A stretch of 64,000 nucleotides of DNA, from the NCBI GenBank assembly GCA_030611385.1, contig JAUWPV010000003.1, forward strand, positions 18,996 to 82,995, written 5' to 3'. Position numbers and translations under genes: made by a program. The notes beneath the pieces are model-generated. The model saw nothing but the letters and a program-made list of their open reading frames with translations. It was not told where the DNA came from and did not search any database. Position 1 is the stretch's first letter. Every line of letters begins with the position of its first letter. The DNA comes from Bacillota bacterium (GTDB taxonomy: Bacteria > Bacillota > Dethiobacteria > DTU022). This document shows positions 11,162 to 21,676 of the stretch, piece by piece.

Positions 11162-11190
11162 ATAATAGCATAATGCTGTTATCCTGTCAA
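11162..11190 (-). promoter_or_regulatory. Sigma-A promoter of the T-box/trpB2 transcript
   Basis: TTGACA-17-TATTAT with an extended -10 TG. Confidence 0.8.
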
Positions 11191-11229
11191 ATAAAATTTT
11201 GCATTTTGTATTAAAACTTCATATTCTTT

Positions 11230-11751
11230 TCAGCGATCAAAATAAATACTTTTACCAGTGGCCGAAATAGGCACGCCGATTGCCATTTCGCCTTCGATCA
11301 TATTTATGCGCCGGGCGACGCTACCGATGCGGTACATAATGCGGTTATCAGCATTGAAAAGGGAGGCTGTTTTAACAGCTGAACCGAGAGCAATGCCAAA
11401 ATCAATCAGGCGCCAGGCACAGAGGGGGCCGCTGAATTCGGGGCCTTCTTTAAGAGTACCTTCTAATTCTACGCAGGTATCGAAACCACAGGCGCCGCAG
11501 TTCAGCCCGAGACAACGTGACTCCTTCAGGGAAAGGAGCAGTACAGCAGCGGAAGCGCGCACATTTTCGCTGTCACGGTCGAAGTTTGGCTTACCGGATT
11601 CTTTGCCGAATTTTAACATTTCATCAGCAAGTTTACTCAGGTCGTTCCCGCTTAAAATTTTAATTTCAATAAAATCATTTCCGCTGGCTTTTGGTGCAGT
11701 TCTCGCGGCAATGGCCATCATACCGGCAACAGTTTTCAGATATTCATCCAT
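11230..11751 (-). CDS. DUF2148-like ferredoxin/nitroreductase-fold protein
   Basis: AARTAPKA.G, NCGACGFDTC, GP.C...IDFGIALGSA and DNRIMY..G. Confidence 0.75.
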   Translation of the reverse strand: MDEYLKTVAGMMAIAARTAPKASGNDFIEIKILSGNDLSKLADEMLKFGKESGKPNFDRDSENVRASAAVLLLSLKESRCLGLNCGACGFDTCVELEGTLKEGPEFSGPLCAWRLIDFGIALGSAVKTASLFNADNRIMYRIGSVARRINMIEGEMAIGVPISATGKSIYFDR

Positions 11752-11869
11752 ACAGAAACACCTCCAAGAAACGCATTTATTATTTATTCTTCTGATATGG
11801 TATCATAGGCAGACTGACGAAACAAGTTTCGAATGAGATATTTGCTGTTTAGATTATTTTATTTAAGAT

Positions 11870-11898
11870 GAAGGATTATTTTCTAGACACGGCGAAAT
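11870..11898 (+). promoter_or_regulatory. Sigma-H-like promoter of the pur operon leader
   Basis: GAAGGA-N18-GAAAT about 40 nt before the riboswitch aptamer. Confidence 0.45.
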
Positions 11899-11935
11899 AA
11901 TAGACATATAATCGTTAAAAGCATATTTTAACGAG

Positions 11936-12098
11936 GGAAAGTGTGCCTAGGGTTCCGACGGATTAAAGACAAAGTGCCGGGATGGTCTTCCGCAATTCTG
12001 TCGTCCGGGCTGGTCCGAGTGGCACAGACATCCAGGGTTGATAAAATAATTTTTTGGATGTCACACCGGAGGGATAAAAGCCCAGGCGGGTAGGTTTC
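11936..12098 (+). ncRNA. ykkC-family riboswitch, PRPP-sensing subtype (2b)
   Basis: GGAAAGTGTGCCTAGGGTTCCG...CTGGTCCGAGTGGCACAG...ACACCGGAGGGATAAAAGCCCAGGCGGGTAGGTTTC, including the 5'/3' P0 extension. It has G (not A) before GCGG, as in PRPP rather than ppGpp aptamers, and lies upstream of purE. Confidence 0.9.
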
Positions 12099-12125
12099 AC
12101 TCGACACCTATCTGTTCGGGTTTTT
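12078..12125 (+). terminator. Riboswitch-controlled intrinsic terminator
   Basis: AGCCCAGGCGGGTAGGT...ACCTATCTGTTCGGGTTTTT overlaps the aptamer 3' end, the arrangement of an ON switch. Confidence 0.8.
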
Positions 12126-12179
12126 GATTTTAAGGTAGAGTTATAAAGAAGAAATATTGTTGCCGGGGAGGCGATTGCT

Positions 12180-12710
12180 ATGTCGGAAATTCAGGTTGGC
12201 ATTGTAATGGGCAGTAATTCTGATTTGCCGGTAATGCGCAAATGCGCTGAAGCGCTTGATCTCTTTGGCATCGGTTATGAGATGGTTATTTCCAGTGCTC
12301 ATCGCCATCCCGAGAAGACGGCCCACTATGCTCGCGGAGCGGTTGATGCCGGTCTGCAGGTAATCATTGCCGGAGCCGGCGGAGCGGCGCACCTGCCCGG
12401 TGTGATCGCCTCGATGACTTTACTGCCGGTGATCGGTATTCCAATCGCCATTGAACCTTTGCACGGTGTGGACTCACTTTACTCGATTGTACAGATGCCA
12501 CAGGGCATACCGGTAGCGACAGTTTCGGTAAACGGAGCCTATAATGCCGGTTTACTGGCAGTGCAGATCCTCGCAGTGCATGATCAAAAACTACTTCATC
12601 GCTTGAACATTTACCGCCAATCACTGGCGGCAAATGTTGAGAAAAACGATAGTCTTCTGCGTGAACAGGAAATAGAGCGTAAACGACCTGAAAAGGGTGA
12701 AGAGAAATGA
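12180..12710 (+). CDS. purE: N5-CAIR mutase / AIR carboxylase
   Basis: MGSNSD, SAHRHP, AGAGGAAHLPG and SIVQMPQGIPVATV. Confidence 0.96.
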   Translation: MSEIQVGIVMGSNSDLPVMRKCAEALDLFGIGYEMVISSAHRHPEKTAHYARGAVDAGLQVIIAGAGGAAHLPGVIASMTLLPVIGIPIAIEPLHGVDSLYSIVQMPQGIPVATVSVNGAYNAGLLAVQILAVHDQKLLHRLNIYRQSLAANVEKNDSLLREQEIERKRPEKGEEK

Positions 12711-13999
12711 TTGAGCGCTATACCCGACCGATAATTGGCAAGATTTGGAGCCTGGAAAATCGCTATAAGAAATTTTTGGAGGTTGAAATCCTGGCCAGCG
12801 AAGCATGGGCTGAAATGGGGATTATTCCACGTGAAGCAGCAGTGTTGATTGCCGCCAACGCTTCCTTTGATGTTAAGAGAATCGAGGAACTGGAGAAAGA
12901 AACCAGGCACGATCTAGTTGCTTTTACCCGTTGCGTTGCCGAATCGCTCGGTGAGGAGAGCCGCTACTTTCACTACGGTCTGACTTCATACGATATTGTT
13001 GATACGGCGCTTTCCGTCATGCTCGGGGAAGCGGCAAGTCTGATTAAAGATGGTCTGCTGGAGCTGGAAGAGGTCTTAAGGGAACAGGCTCTGTGCCACA
13101 AAGAGACTGCTGCGGTAGGGCGAACCCATGGAGTGCATGCCGAACCGACCAGCCTGGGCTTGAAATTTGCGCTATGGCTGGGCGAAGTACGCCGTGATCG
13201 CGAACGTTTGGAAAGAGCATCCGAAACAGTCCGGGTCGGTAAACTCTCCGGCGCTGTCGGCAACTTTGCTCACAGCGATCCATTTATCGAAGAGTATGTA
13301 TGCCGGAAGTTGGGCCTGGAACCGGCGCCAGTGTCGACCCAGGTATTACAACGGGACCGCCATGCCGAATTTGTTGGGGTGCTTGCTTTAATCGGCGCCA
13401 CCCTGGAAAAGATCGCTCTGGAAGTCCGCAATCTACAGCGTACAGAAACAAGAGAGTTGGAAGAGCCTTTTTACAGCGGTCAGAAAGGTTCTTCAGCGAT
13501 GCCGCATAAACGCAATCCGATTACCTGCGAGCAGGTCTGCGGTTTGGCCCGCCTGTTGCGCGGTTATGCCGGAACTGCCCTGGAAAACGTGGCCCTCTGG
13601 CATGAACGCGATATATCGCATTCATCGGTAGAACGGGTGATCCTTCCGGATAGTACGATTATTACTGACCATATCCTCCAGCAGATGATCAGAGTGATCA
13701 GGGATCTGAAAATCTATCCCCGAAACCTTCTGCGTAATCTTGAACTGACCGGTGGATTGATCTATTCTCAGCGGGTACTTCTGGAACTGGTCGAAAGCGG
13801 TTTTTCACGGGAAAAGGCCTACGACCTGGTTCAACGCTGTGCCATGGAGACCTGGGAAAGCGGTCGGCTTTTTAAAGAGGTCCTGGCGTCTGAAACTGAA
13901 ATTATAGAACGGCTGGGCATAGAAAAACTGGATAACTGTTTTGACCCGGCCTACTACATGAAGCATGTAGATTATATCTATCGCCGGTTAGGCCTGTAG
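12707..13999 (+). CDS. purB: Adenylosuccinate lyase
   Basis: MIERY, HYGLTS, GRTHGVHAEP and GSSAMPHKRNP. Confidence 0.97.
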   Translation: MIERYTRPIIGKIWSLENRYKKFLEVEILASEAWAEMGIIPREAAVLIAANASFDVKRIEELEKETRHDLVAFTRCVAESLGEESRYFHYGLTSYDIVDTALSVMLGEAASLIKDGLLELEEVLREQALCHKETAAVGRTHGVHAEPTSLGLKFALWLGEVRRDRERLERASETVRVGKLSGAVGNFAHSDPFIEEYVCRKLGLEPAPVSTQVLQRDRHAEFVGVLALIGATLEKIALEVRNLQRTETRELEEPFYSGQKGSSAMPHKRNPITCEQVCGLARLLRGYAGTALENVALWHERDISHSSVERVILPDSTIITDHILQQMIRVIRDLKIYPRNLLRNLELTGGLIYSQRVLLELVESGFSREKAYDLVQRCAMETWESGRLFKEVLASETEIIERLGIEKLDNCFDPAYYMKHVDYIYRRLGL

Positions 14000-14052
14000 T
14001 AATTGAATAAGTTAATAAGTTAGTACGCAGTGTACTAAAGGGAGGTTTGCGG

Positions 14053-14787
14053 ATGGTAAAGGGAGAGTTTCTGTACGAAGGCAAGGCAAAAAAAGTATTT
14101 CGAACCGATGATCCAGATCTGTTACTGATCGAATTTAAGGATGATGCCACCGCTTTAGACGGAGTTAAAAAGGACCGTCTGCCGGACAAAGGAATATTGA
14201 ACAACCATCTTTCAGCCATATTTTTTGAAATGCTCGAGAAGAACGGCATTGAAACCCATTTTGAAAAAACGATCAGCGAACGTGGAATGCTTGTTAATGC
14301 GCTTGAGATAATCCCGGTCGAGGTAATCGTGCGCAATATTGCCGCCGGCAGCATTTCCAAGCGCCTTGCTATTCCTGAAGGAACGACGTTAAAAAAGACG
14401 GTGCTTGAGTTTTCACTGAAAAACGACGAACTGCACGACCCAATGATTAACCATTACCACATTTATGCCCTGGATTTGGCCTCAGCCGAAGAGATGGCTG
14501 AAATTGAAAAAGTAGCTCTAAAAGTGAACGATATCATGATTCCCTACCTGAAAGATAAGGGTATTACCCTGGTTGATTTTAAATTGGAGTTCGGGCGGCA
14601 TAAGGGAAAAATTCTGCTCGGTGACGAGATCTCACCCGATACCTGCCGTTTCTGGGACAGCAACAGTGGAGAAAAACTTGATAAAGATCGTTTCCGCCGC
14701 GATTTGGGTGGTGTTGTCGAAGCATACCGCGAGGTGTTGAGACGTTTGGAGGGAGGCGAAGGCCCTGCAGTGGAAGGCAAAAGTTGA
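14053..14787 (+). CDS. purC: SAICAR synthetase
   Basis: [35 protein letters not shown] and DKDRFR. Confidence 0.97.
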   Translation: MVKGEFLYEGKAKKVFRTDDPDLLLIEFKDDATALDGVKKDRLPDKGILNNHLSAIFFEMLEKNGIETHFEKTISERGMLVNALEIIPVEVIVRNIAAGSISKRLAIPEGTTLKKTVLEFSLKNDELHDPMINHYHIYALDLASAEEMAEIEKVALKVNDIMIPYLKDKGITLVDFKLEFGRHKGKILLGDEISPDTCRFWDSNSGEKLDKDRFRRDLGGVVEAYREVLRRLEGGEGPAVEGKS

Positions 14788-15022
14788 GGTTGTCCTGAAA
14801 AAAGTGGTTCTCGATCCACAGGGAGTGGCCGTAGAAAACTCTCTGATAGCACTCGGCTATAAAAATGTCCACAAGGTGCGAGTTGGAAAGTATATTGAGC
14901 TGATCTTGACGGCAGAAAACCGGGAAGATGCTGCCATCCAGGTTGAGGAAATGGCCCGCCGTCTGCTGAGCAATCCCGTTATCGAAGATTTCAGCTGCAC
15001 TTTGCAGGAGGCCGGGGTATGA
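14765..15022 (+). CDS. purS: FGAM synthase subunit PurS (probable CTG start)
   Basis: [15 protein letters not shown] and LLSNPVIE. Homology extends upstream ([12 protein letters not shown]) to a CTG 8 nt after GGAGG. Confidence 0.9.
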   Translation: MQWKAKVEVVLKKVVLDPQGVAVENSLIALGYKNVHKVRVGKYIELILTAENREDAAIQVEEMARRLLSNPVIEDFSCTLQEAGV

Positions 15023-15723
15023 AATTTGGAGTTATTGTTTTTCCCGGATCGAACTGTGATCTCGATGTTTACTACCTGGTGCGGGATATCCTAAAAAAAG
15101 AAGTTGAATATATTCGCCATGACGCTAAAACTATCGGGCACAGCGACCTGATTATCCTTCCCGGTGGTTTTTCTTATGGTGATTATTTACGTTCGGGCGC
15201 GATTGCCCGTTTCAGCCCGATTATGGCCGCGGTAGCTGATTTTGCGGCACACGGCGGTTTGGTGTTGGGTATCTGCAACGGTTTTCAGGTGCTAACTGAA
15301 GCAGGGATGTTGCCCGGGGCCCTTTACCGCAACAACCACCGTCAGTTTCGCTGCGAACAGGTTTACATCCGCGTGGAGAACGCCAAACTGCCTTTTACCG
15401 GTGCGGCCAAACGCGGTGATCTGCTTAAATTGCCGATAGCCCATGGCGACGGCAATTACTATGTTCCTCCGGATCAGCTGACCGAGCTAGAAACAAACGG
15501 ACAGATTATTTTCCGCTACACCGACCAGAACGGTGCTGTTAAGGCCGAAGCGAACCCAAATGGGTCCCTGGGCAATATCGCCGGAGCTTGTAACCGGGCC
15601 GGTAACGTGGCCGGTTTGATGCCGCACCCGGAAAGAGCCGGTACGAATGCGCTCGGTTCGGAAGACGGTTTGGTAATTTTTAATTCGATAATCAGCTACC
15701 TCCAAAGCCGGGAGGTGGCTTAA
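15019..15723 (+). CDS. purQ: FGAM synthase glutaminase subunit
   Basis: [25 protein letters not shown] and MPHPER. Confidence 0.97.
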   Translation: MKFGVIVFPGSNCDLDVYYLVRDILKKEVEYIRHDAKTIGHSDLIILPGGFSYGDYLRSGAIARFSPIMAAVADFAAHGGLVLGICNGFQVLTEAGMLPGALYRNNHRQFRCEQVYIRVENAKLPFTGAAKRGDLLKLPIAHGDGNYYVPPDQLTELETNGQIIFRYTDQNGAVKAEANPNGSLGNIAGACNRAGNVAGLMPHPERAGTNALGSEDGLVIFNSIISYLQSREVA

Positions 15724-17922
15724 GTGATCGAGCAACCATGGCGGCAGCTGGGGCTGACCGACCAGGAATATGCGATGATCGTCGATCAGATCGGCCGGGA
15801 ACCGAACCTGGTTGAGTTAAATATGTATAGCGTGATGTGGTCGGAACACTGTAGCTACAAGCATTCACGTTCGTCTCTCAGGCTTTTTCCGACCAGCAGC
15901 CCGCGTGTCGTTCAGGGGCCGGGTGAAAATGCCGGAGTAGTCGATATCGGTGACGGCTGGGCGGCGGTTTTTAAAATTGAAAGTCACAACCATCCCTCAG
16001 CTGTCGAACCCTATCAGGGCGCGGCAACCGGTGTAGGCGGTATATTAAGAGATATATTCACCATGGGCGCGCAGCCGATTGCATTTTTAAACTCTCTGCG
16101 CTTTGGCAATCTGGAAGATGCCCGCGTTCGCTACCTGTTTGACGGAGTGGTTGCCGGTATCGGCGGGTATGGCAATTGCGTCGGTATTCCTACCGTGGCC
16201 GGGGAGATATATTTTGAACCGTGTTACCAGGGTAATCCCCTGGTTAACGCCATGTGTGTTGGGGTTATGCCTCTGACCAGGTTGGTGCTCGGTAAAGCCT
16301 GTGGCGAAGGGAACCTGGTGGTGCTGGTCGGTGCGCGTACCGGGCGGGATGGTATTCACGGAGTTACCTTTGCTTCGGAAGAGCTCTCGAAAAAGTCTGA
16401 AGAGAAGCGGCCGGCCGTGCAGGTCGGCGATCCGTTTCTCGGCAAACTGCTTATGGAAGCGACACTGGAAGCGGTACAGGAGAATTTGCTTGCCGGTGTC
16501 CAGGATTTCGGTGGGGCCGGATTGACCTGCGCGCTGACCGAGACCGCTTCCCGCGCCGGAACGGGAATTGAAATTGAACTTGAACGGGTACCGCTCAGGG
16601 AAGCGGACATGCTCCCTTTTGAAATACTTACCTCCGAGTCACAGGAAAGAATGCTGCTGATCATCGAACCGGATAAACTGTCGGCAGTAGAAACTATTTA
16701 CCGGCGATGGGAATTAGCGCTGGCTGTGCTTGGCCGGGTCACTGATAATGGGATGGTCGTGATCTGCCACCAGAGTGAAGAAATTGTCCGGGTGCCGGCA
16801 GACAGTGTGGCTGGGGGAGCGCCAGCTTACGAACCGGAAAGTAAGGAGCCGGATTATATCAAAGAATTGGCAAGATTTGATCCATGCTCGCTTCCACCAA
16901 TTATTGATTACAACGGGACTCTCCTGAAGCTGCTCGCCTCCGCAGATCTTGCTTCGAAAGAGTGGGTCTGGCGCCGCTACGATTATATGGTGCGCACCTC
17001 TACTATCCAGGGTCCCGGTGGGGATGCGGCTGTGATCAGGCTGCGTGAAACGGATAAAGCTCTGGCGATGACAGTTGACGGTAACGGCCGTCATACTTAC
17101 CTTGACCCCTATAAAGGGGGAATGCTGGCGGTTGCAGAGGCAACACGTAACCTGAGCTGCAGTGGTGCGGAACCGATTGGTATAACCGACTGTCTGAACT
17201 TCGGAAATCCTGAGAAACCGGAGATCTTCTGGCAATTCAGACAGGCTGTGGAAGGGATCGCTGAAGCCTGCCGTATTTTAGAGGTGCCTGTAGTCGGCGG
17301 TAATGTCAGTTTTTACAATGAGGTGGAGGGTACGGCGATCTATCCTACACCGGTAATTGGAGCCGTCGGTCTCCTGGAAAAAGGGGAACAACAGTGCACT
17401 AGTGCATTCCGTAAAGAAGGTGATTTAGTCTGCCTGCTCGGTCCACAGCGAGTTGCTCTTGGCGGCAGTCAATTGTTAAAGAGTTGCTACAATAAAGTTG
17501 CCGGCAGTCTGGCCGAGATCGATTTAGAGATGGAAAAAAGGATGCAGGCGCTGCTGCGCCAGCTGATCCGGAAAGGGTTGATCTCCTCAGCCCATGATCT
17601 TTCCGACGGCGGCCTGGCTATTGCCCTGGCTGAAAGCTGTATCAGCGGCGGGCTGGGCGCTAAGCTGGAACTGGCGGTTTCTTCCTGTCCGGCCCGGGAA
17701 CTTTTCGGCGAGGGTCCTTCAAGAGTACTGTTATCTCTTAATAAAAATAATATCGGCCAAGCCTTAAAAATGGCCGCTCAATCAGCAGTACCCCTGATTG
17801 AGCTGGGCATGGTTTCAGGCGATGTTCTGAAGATCTGCTCAGGCGGTGATCTGATCATTAATCTGGATATGCCGATAATGAAAGATGCTTTCGAGGAGGT
17901 ATTCACATGGATCATGCAGTAG
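15724..17922 (+). CDS. purL: FGAM synthase subunit PurL (small form)
   Basis: [31 protein letters not shown] and HDLSDGG. Confidence 0.97.
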   Translation: MIEQPWRQLGLTDQEYAMIVDQIGREPNLVELNMYSVMWSEHCSYKHSRSSLRLFPTSSPRVVQGPGENAGVVDIGDGWAAVFKIESHNHPSAVEPYQGAATGVGGILRDIFTMGAQPIAFLNSLRFGNLEDARVRYLFDGVVAGIGGYGNCVGIPTVAGEIYFEPCYQGNPLVNAMCVGVMPLTRLVLGKACGEGNLVVLVGARTGRDGIHGVTFASEELSKKSEEKRPAVQVGDPFLGKLLMEATLEAVQENLLAGVQDFGGAGLTCALTETASRAGTGIEIELERVPLREADMLPFEILTSESQERMLLIIEPDKLSAVETIYRRWELALAVLGRVTDNGMVVICHQSEEIVRVPADSVAGGAPAYEPESKEPDYIKELARFDPCSLPPIIDYNGTLLKLLASADLASKEWVWRRYDYMVRTSTIQGPGGDAAVIRLRETDKALAMTVDGNGRHTYLDPYKGGMLAVAEATRNLSCSGAEPIGITDCLNFGNPEKPEIFWQFRQAVEGIAEACRILEVPVVGGNVSFYNEVEGTAIYPTPVIGAVGLLEKGEQQCTSAFRKEGDLVCLLGPQRVALGGSQLLKSCYNKVAGSLAEIDLEMEKRMQALLRQLIRKGLISSAHDLSDGGLAIALAESCISGGLGAKLELAVSSCPARELFGEGPSRVLLSLNKNNIGQALKMAAQSAVPLIELGMVSGDVLKICSGGDLIINLDMPIMKDAFEEVFTWIMQ

Positions 17923-19307
17923 CGCTGCCCGGGAAGTTGCGCGAAGCCTGTGGCATCTGCGGTGGTTTTGCTAAAGATCAGCCGCTTGCTTATCTGACCT
18001 GTTTTGCCCTTTACGCCCTGCAGCACCGCGGCCAGGAAAGCGCCGGGATTGCCGCCGGACCCGGCGAAGGCCGGAAAATCTGGCTGAAAAGAGGTATGGG
18101 TCTTGTTTCCGAGGTCTTTCCAGATAGCGCTGACTTAAAAGGAATCGTCTGCAGGCTGGCTATTGGCCATGTCCGCTATTCATATGGCCAGGAAGGCCAA
18201 AATCCGGAAAATATCCAACCGCTCAAGCTACGCTACCGTCACGGAGAACTGGCCATTGTTCATAATGGCCACCTGGTTAACGCCCGGGAACTGCGCAAGG
18301 AACTCGAGGACCAGGGAGCGATCTTTCAAACCGATACCGACAGTGAATTGCTGGCTCATATGATTGCCCGGCAGGGCAGCAGCTGTCTTGAAGAGGCCCT
18401 TCTGGAGGTAGTGCCCCGCCTGAAGGGCGCCTTTGCTTTTATAATTACAGATGGCATTAAGGTTATTGGCCTGCGTGACGGTTATGGCTTCAGACCACTT
18501 TCGCTCGGCTCAATTGATGGCGGAGGTTATTATCTGGCTTCCGAAACCTGTGCTTTCGATACAATCAGAGCAGTATTTATCCGTGATCTTGAACCGGGTG
18601 AGATGGTTATTCTGGACGAAAACGGCGTGCGTACCCGCCAGGTAATCGAGAGCAGCTGCTCTAACCTGTGCATTTTTGAATATATCTATTTTGCCCGCCC
18701 GGACAGTAATTTGCAGGGAATGAACGTTCATTTAGTCAGGCGGGAGCTGGGGCGCCGGTTAGCCCGCGAGCACCCGGTTAATGCCGATATTGTTTCCGGG
18801 GTACCCGATTCGAGCATCGCTGCTGCTTCGGGATTTGCAGAGCAGGCCGGATTACCCTACGAGATGGCCCTGGTCAAAAACCGCTATATCGGACGAACCT
18901 TTATCAAGCCCACCCAAAAAATGCGGGAGGAAGGCGTCGATTTAAAGCTGAACGTAGTGCGGAAGATCGTTGAGGATAAAAGGGTGGTCCTGGTTGATGA
19001 CTCGATCGTACGCGGCACCACCAGCCTGAAACTGATTCAGATCATGCGCCGGGCCGGAGCGAGAGAAGTGCACTTGAGAATCAGTTCACCGCCGGTAATC
19101 GGTTCATGTTATTATGGTATCGATATTCCTGATCCACACGACTTAATTGCGCATGGACATTCGGCAACCGAAATACCGGGAATGATCGGCGCGGATTCAG
19201 TTGGTTATTTAAGCATGGCTGAAGTAGTAGAAGCGGTCGGTTTACCTGCCGAAAAGCTCTGCTGTGGATGCTTTAACGGTTATTACCCGGTTTTACCAGA
19301 GAAGTGA
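17907..19307 (+). CDS. purF: Amidophosphoribosyltransferase (propeptide and Fe-S type)
   Basis: Propeptide then [42 protein letters not shown] and CCGCF. Confidence 0.96.
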   Translation: MDHAVALPGKLREACGICGGFAKDQPLAYLTCFALYALQHRGQESAGIAAGPGEGRKIWLKRGMGLVSEVFPDSADLKGIVCRLAIGHVRYSYGQEGQNPENIQPLKLRYRHGELAIVHNGHLVNARELRKELEDQGAIFQTDTDSELLAHMIARQGSSCLEEALLEVVPRLKGAFAFIITDGIKVIGLRDGYGFRPLSLGSIDGGGYYLASETCAFDTIRAVFIRDLEPGEMVILDENGVRTRQVIESSCSNLCIFEYIYFARPDSNLQGMNVHLVRRELGRRLAREHPVNADIVSGVPDSSIAAASGFAEQAGLPYEMALVKNRYIGRTFIKPTQKMREEGVDLKLNVVRKIVEDKRVVLVDDSIVRGTTSLKLIQIMRRAGAREVHLRISSPPVIGSCYYGIDIPDPHDLIAHGHSATEIPGMIGADSVGYLSMAEVVEAVGLPAEKLCCGCFNGYYPVLPEK

Positions 19308-19397
19308 GCTGTGAGCATATCTATAGTCAGGAATCGCAAAGCAGGAATTTTGGAGTGGGAAGAAAAATATATGAAATGATCAGTAGGAGGAATTGAC

Positions 19398-21590
19398 ATG
19401 CCTGTAGTTTTTATTTTGGTTCCGATAAGTTCTCTGATAGCCCTAGGCTTTGCTTATTATTTCTTTAAGCAGATGATGGGTCATGATGAGGGAACGGATA
19501 CGATGAAAAAAATTGCTTCTCACGTTCGCAAAGGGGCGGCAGCCTACCTTCGCCAGCAGTATAAAGTTGTCATAATTGTTTTCGCAGTGATTACGGTAAT
19601 TTTCGTCATACTGGCTTATGGACTGGAGGTTCAGAATAAGTGGGTGCCCTTTGCCTTCTTAACGGGAGGCGCGTTTTCAGGACTTGCCGGTTTTTTTGGA
19701 ATGAAGGCCGCAACCTTCGCTTCTGCCAGGGTGACAAATGCCTGTCGTACTTCGCTTAATGCTGGACTAAAGCTGGCTTTTCGTTCCGGTGCAGTGATGG
19801 GCCTGGTTGTTGTGGGACTGGTTTTGCTTGATATTTCGGCATGGTTTACTGTACTTAACATATTTATTCCTGCTGCCGAAGAAGGTCTCAAGTTGCTTAC
19901 GATTACTGCAACGATGCTTACATTTGGTATGGGCGCATCAACCCAGGCACTTTTTGCCCGTGTTGGCGGTGGAATTTATACCAAGGCTGCCGATGTTGGT
20001 GCTGACCTGGTCGGAAAAATAGAGGCTGGAATACCTGAGGATGATCCACGAAATCCTGCTACCATTGCCGATAACGTTGGCGATAACGTAGGCGATGTCG
20101 CCGGTATGGGTGCCGACCTGTTTGAATCCTACGCCGGATCAATACTGGCTACCGCTCTTCTTGGTGCTGCTGCATTTTCGGGAGCCGGTTTGGTTACGCA
20201 GTATAGTGCTGTATTAGCGCCTATGCTGATAGCTGCAGTAGGTACCTTGCTATCAATTGTAGGAATATTCATGGTTCGGGCCAAGGAAGGAGCAAGCCAG
20301 AAGGAACTGCTCAAGTCAATGGGTTTGGGAGTCAACACGAGTGCTGCTTTGATTCTGGTATTATCCTGGGTGGTCCTATATATGCTTCAATTGCCCAATT
20401 ATTGGGGAATATGGGGCTCAATTGTGGTAGGATTGTTGGCAGGTATTATTATTGGTCAATCAACTGAATACTATACTGCTTCAGCGTACAGTCCAACCCG
20501 AATGATCGCTGCTTCTTCCAGTACTGGTCCGGCTACTGTTATAATTAGCGGTATCGGAATCGGACTCATTTCTACCGCGATCCCTCTTGGAATAATTGCT
20601 CTTGCCATAGCTTTGGCATACGCATTCTCTTCGGGTTTTAGTTTTGATGTGACCAGTCTGAATATGGGGCTTTATGGTATCGGTATTGCGTCCGTCGGTA
20701 TGCTTTCAACACTGGGCATTACACTGGCTACAGATGCCTATGGGCCGATTGCCGATAACGCTGGCGGTAACGCCGAGATGAGTCATCTTGGCGAAGAGGT
20801 GCGTAAGCGGACTGATGCACTTGACACTCTCGGAAATACAACTGCTGCTACCGGAAAGGGTTTTGCCATCGGCAGTGCAGCTCTTACCGCGCTTGCTTTG
20901 CTTGCTGCATACATTGAAGAAGTGAAGATCATGTTTGTCCAGTTTCTTGACAGACCCAATGAACTTATCAATGGTGTACCTGCTTATCAGGCCGAGTTCA
21001 TTGACTTCATACATCATTATGATATACATCTGATGAATCCTCTGGTTATCGTGGGAGTATTCGTTGGAGTATTGTCGGTATTTCTCTTTAGCGGGTTGAC
21101 CATGAATGCCGTCGGACGGGCAGCTCAACAAATGGTTGCTGAGGTTCGCCGCCAGTTTAAAGAAATGCCCGGTATAATGGAAGGCACGACTGAACCTGAT
21201 TATGCGCGTTGCGTAGAGATTTCCACCAGGGGCGCTCAGAAAGAGATGATGTTGCCTTCTTTTATTGCCCTTCTTATACCGGTTATTATCGGTCTTATAT
21301 TTGGTGTGGCCGGAGTTACCGGCCTGCTGGTTGGAACTATTTCAAGTGGTTTTGCCATGGCAATATTCATGGCCAATGCCGGTGGTGCTTGGGATAACGC
21401 CAAGAAATATATAGAAGAAGGTCATCATGGAGGAAAGGGTTCGGATAACCATAAGGCCGCCATAGTTGGTGACACAGTGGGAGATCCGTTCAAGGACACT
21501 TCCGGTCCGAGCCTCAATATACTTATAAAACTGATGGTTATGGCCTCTGTTGTTACCGTAGGTGTAGCAGTAAGCTACAGCTTATTCTAG
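19398..21590 (+). CDS. hppA: Membrane-integral pyrophosphatase, K+-dependent, Na+(,H+)-translocating type
   Basis: [51 protein letters not shown] (Ala, K+-dependent), DLFESY and [14 protein letters not shown]. Confidence 0.95.
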   Translation: MPVVFILVPISSLIALGFAYYFFKQMMGHDEGTDTMKKIASHVRKGAAAYLRQQYKVVIIVFAVITVIFVILAYGLEVQNKWVPFAFLTGGAFSGLAGFFGMKAATFASARVTNACRTSLNAGLKLAFRSGAVMGLVVVGLVLLDISAWFTVLNIFIPAAEEGLKLLTITATMLTFGMGASTQALFARVGGGIYTKAADVGADLVGKIEAGIPEDDPRNPATIADNVGDNVGDVAGMGADLFESYAGSILATALLGAAAFSGAGLVTQYSAVLAPMLIAAVGTLLSIVGIFMVRAKEGASQKELLKSMGLGVNTSAALILVLSWVVLYMLQLPNYWGIWGSIVVGLLAGIIIGQSTEYYTASAYSPTRMIAASSSTGPATVIISGIGIGLISTAIPLGIIALAIALAYAFSSGFSFDVTSLNMGLYGIGIASVGMLSTLGITLATDAYGPIADNAGGNAEMSHLGEEVRKRTDALDTLGNTTAATGKGFAIGSAALTALALLAAYIEEVKIMFVQFLDRPNELINGVPAYQAEFIDFIHHYDIHLMNPLVIVGVFVGVLSVFLFSGLTMNAVGRAAQQMVAEVRRQFKEMPGIMEGTTEPDYARCVEISTRGAQKEMMLPSFIALLIPVIIGLIFGVAGVTGLLVGTISSGFAMAIFMANAGGAWDNAKKYIEEGHHGGKGSDNHKAAIVGDTVGDPFKDTSGPSLNILIKLMVMASVVTVGVAVSYSLF

Positions 21591-21617
21591 ATTTAAAAAT
21601 GTTACCCAAACCCCTGT

Positions 21618-21648
21618 ACGGCCTGCCGGTGATAATCCGGCAGGCCGT
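21618..21648. other. GC-rich perfect hairpin between hppA and purM with no U-tract
   Basis: ACGGCCTGCCGG-TGATAAT-CCGGCAGGCCGT. Confidence 0.7.
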
Positions 21649-21676
21649 TAAATAGTGATCGGGAGCAGGTTTGTTA

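Noticed and set aside
10809-11165. 118-aa + strand ORF upstream of trpB2
   Set aside because: It is antisense to the T-box leader and has no RBS or protein motif.
11258-11836. Long antisense ORFs (also 9496-10065, 46334-46879, 56170-56772 and many shorter ones)
   Set aside because: They are shadow frames on the opposite strand of well-supported genes and carry no motifs.
11880-11935. Tandem guanine aptamer ahead of the PRPP aptamer, or a guanidine-I call
   Set aside because: No purine-riboswitch core lies upstream. The P0 extension, the discriminator G and the pur gene context favour PRPP.
19305-19340. Selenocysteine read-through at TGA stops (purF, nth, dehydrogenase and others)
   Set aside because: The proteins are already full length at the TGA, and no homology or SECIS-like hairpin continues beyond it.
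19341-19369. GCAGGAATTT...GAAAAT sigma-H-like site before hppA
   Set aside because: The spacing is 15 nt rather than 17-18, so it is not listed as a feature. An hppA promoter here remains possible.
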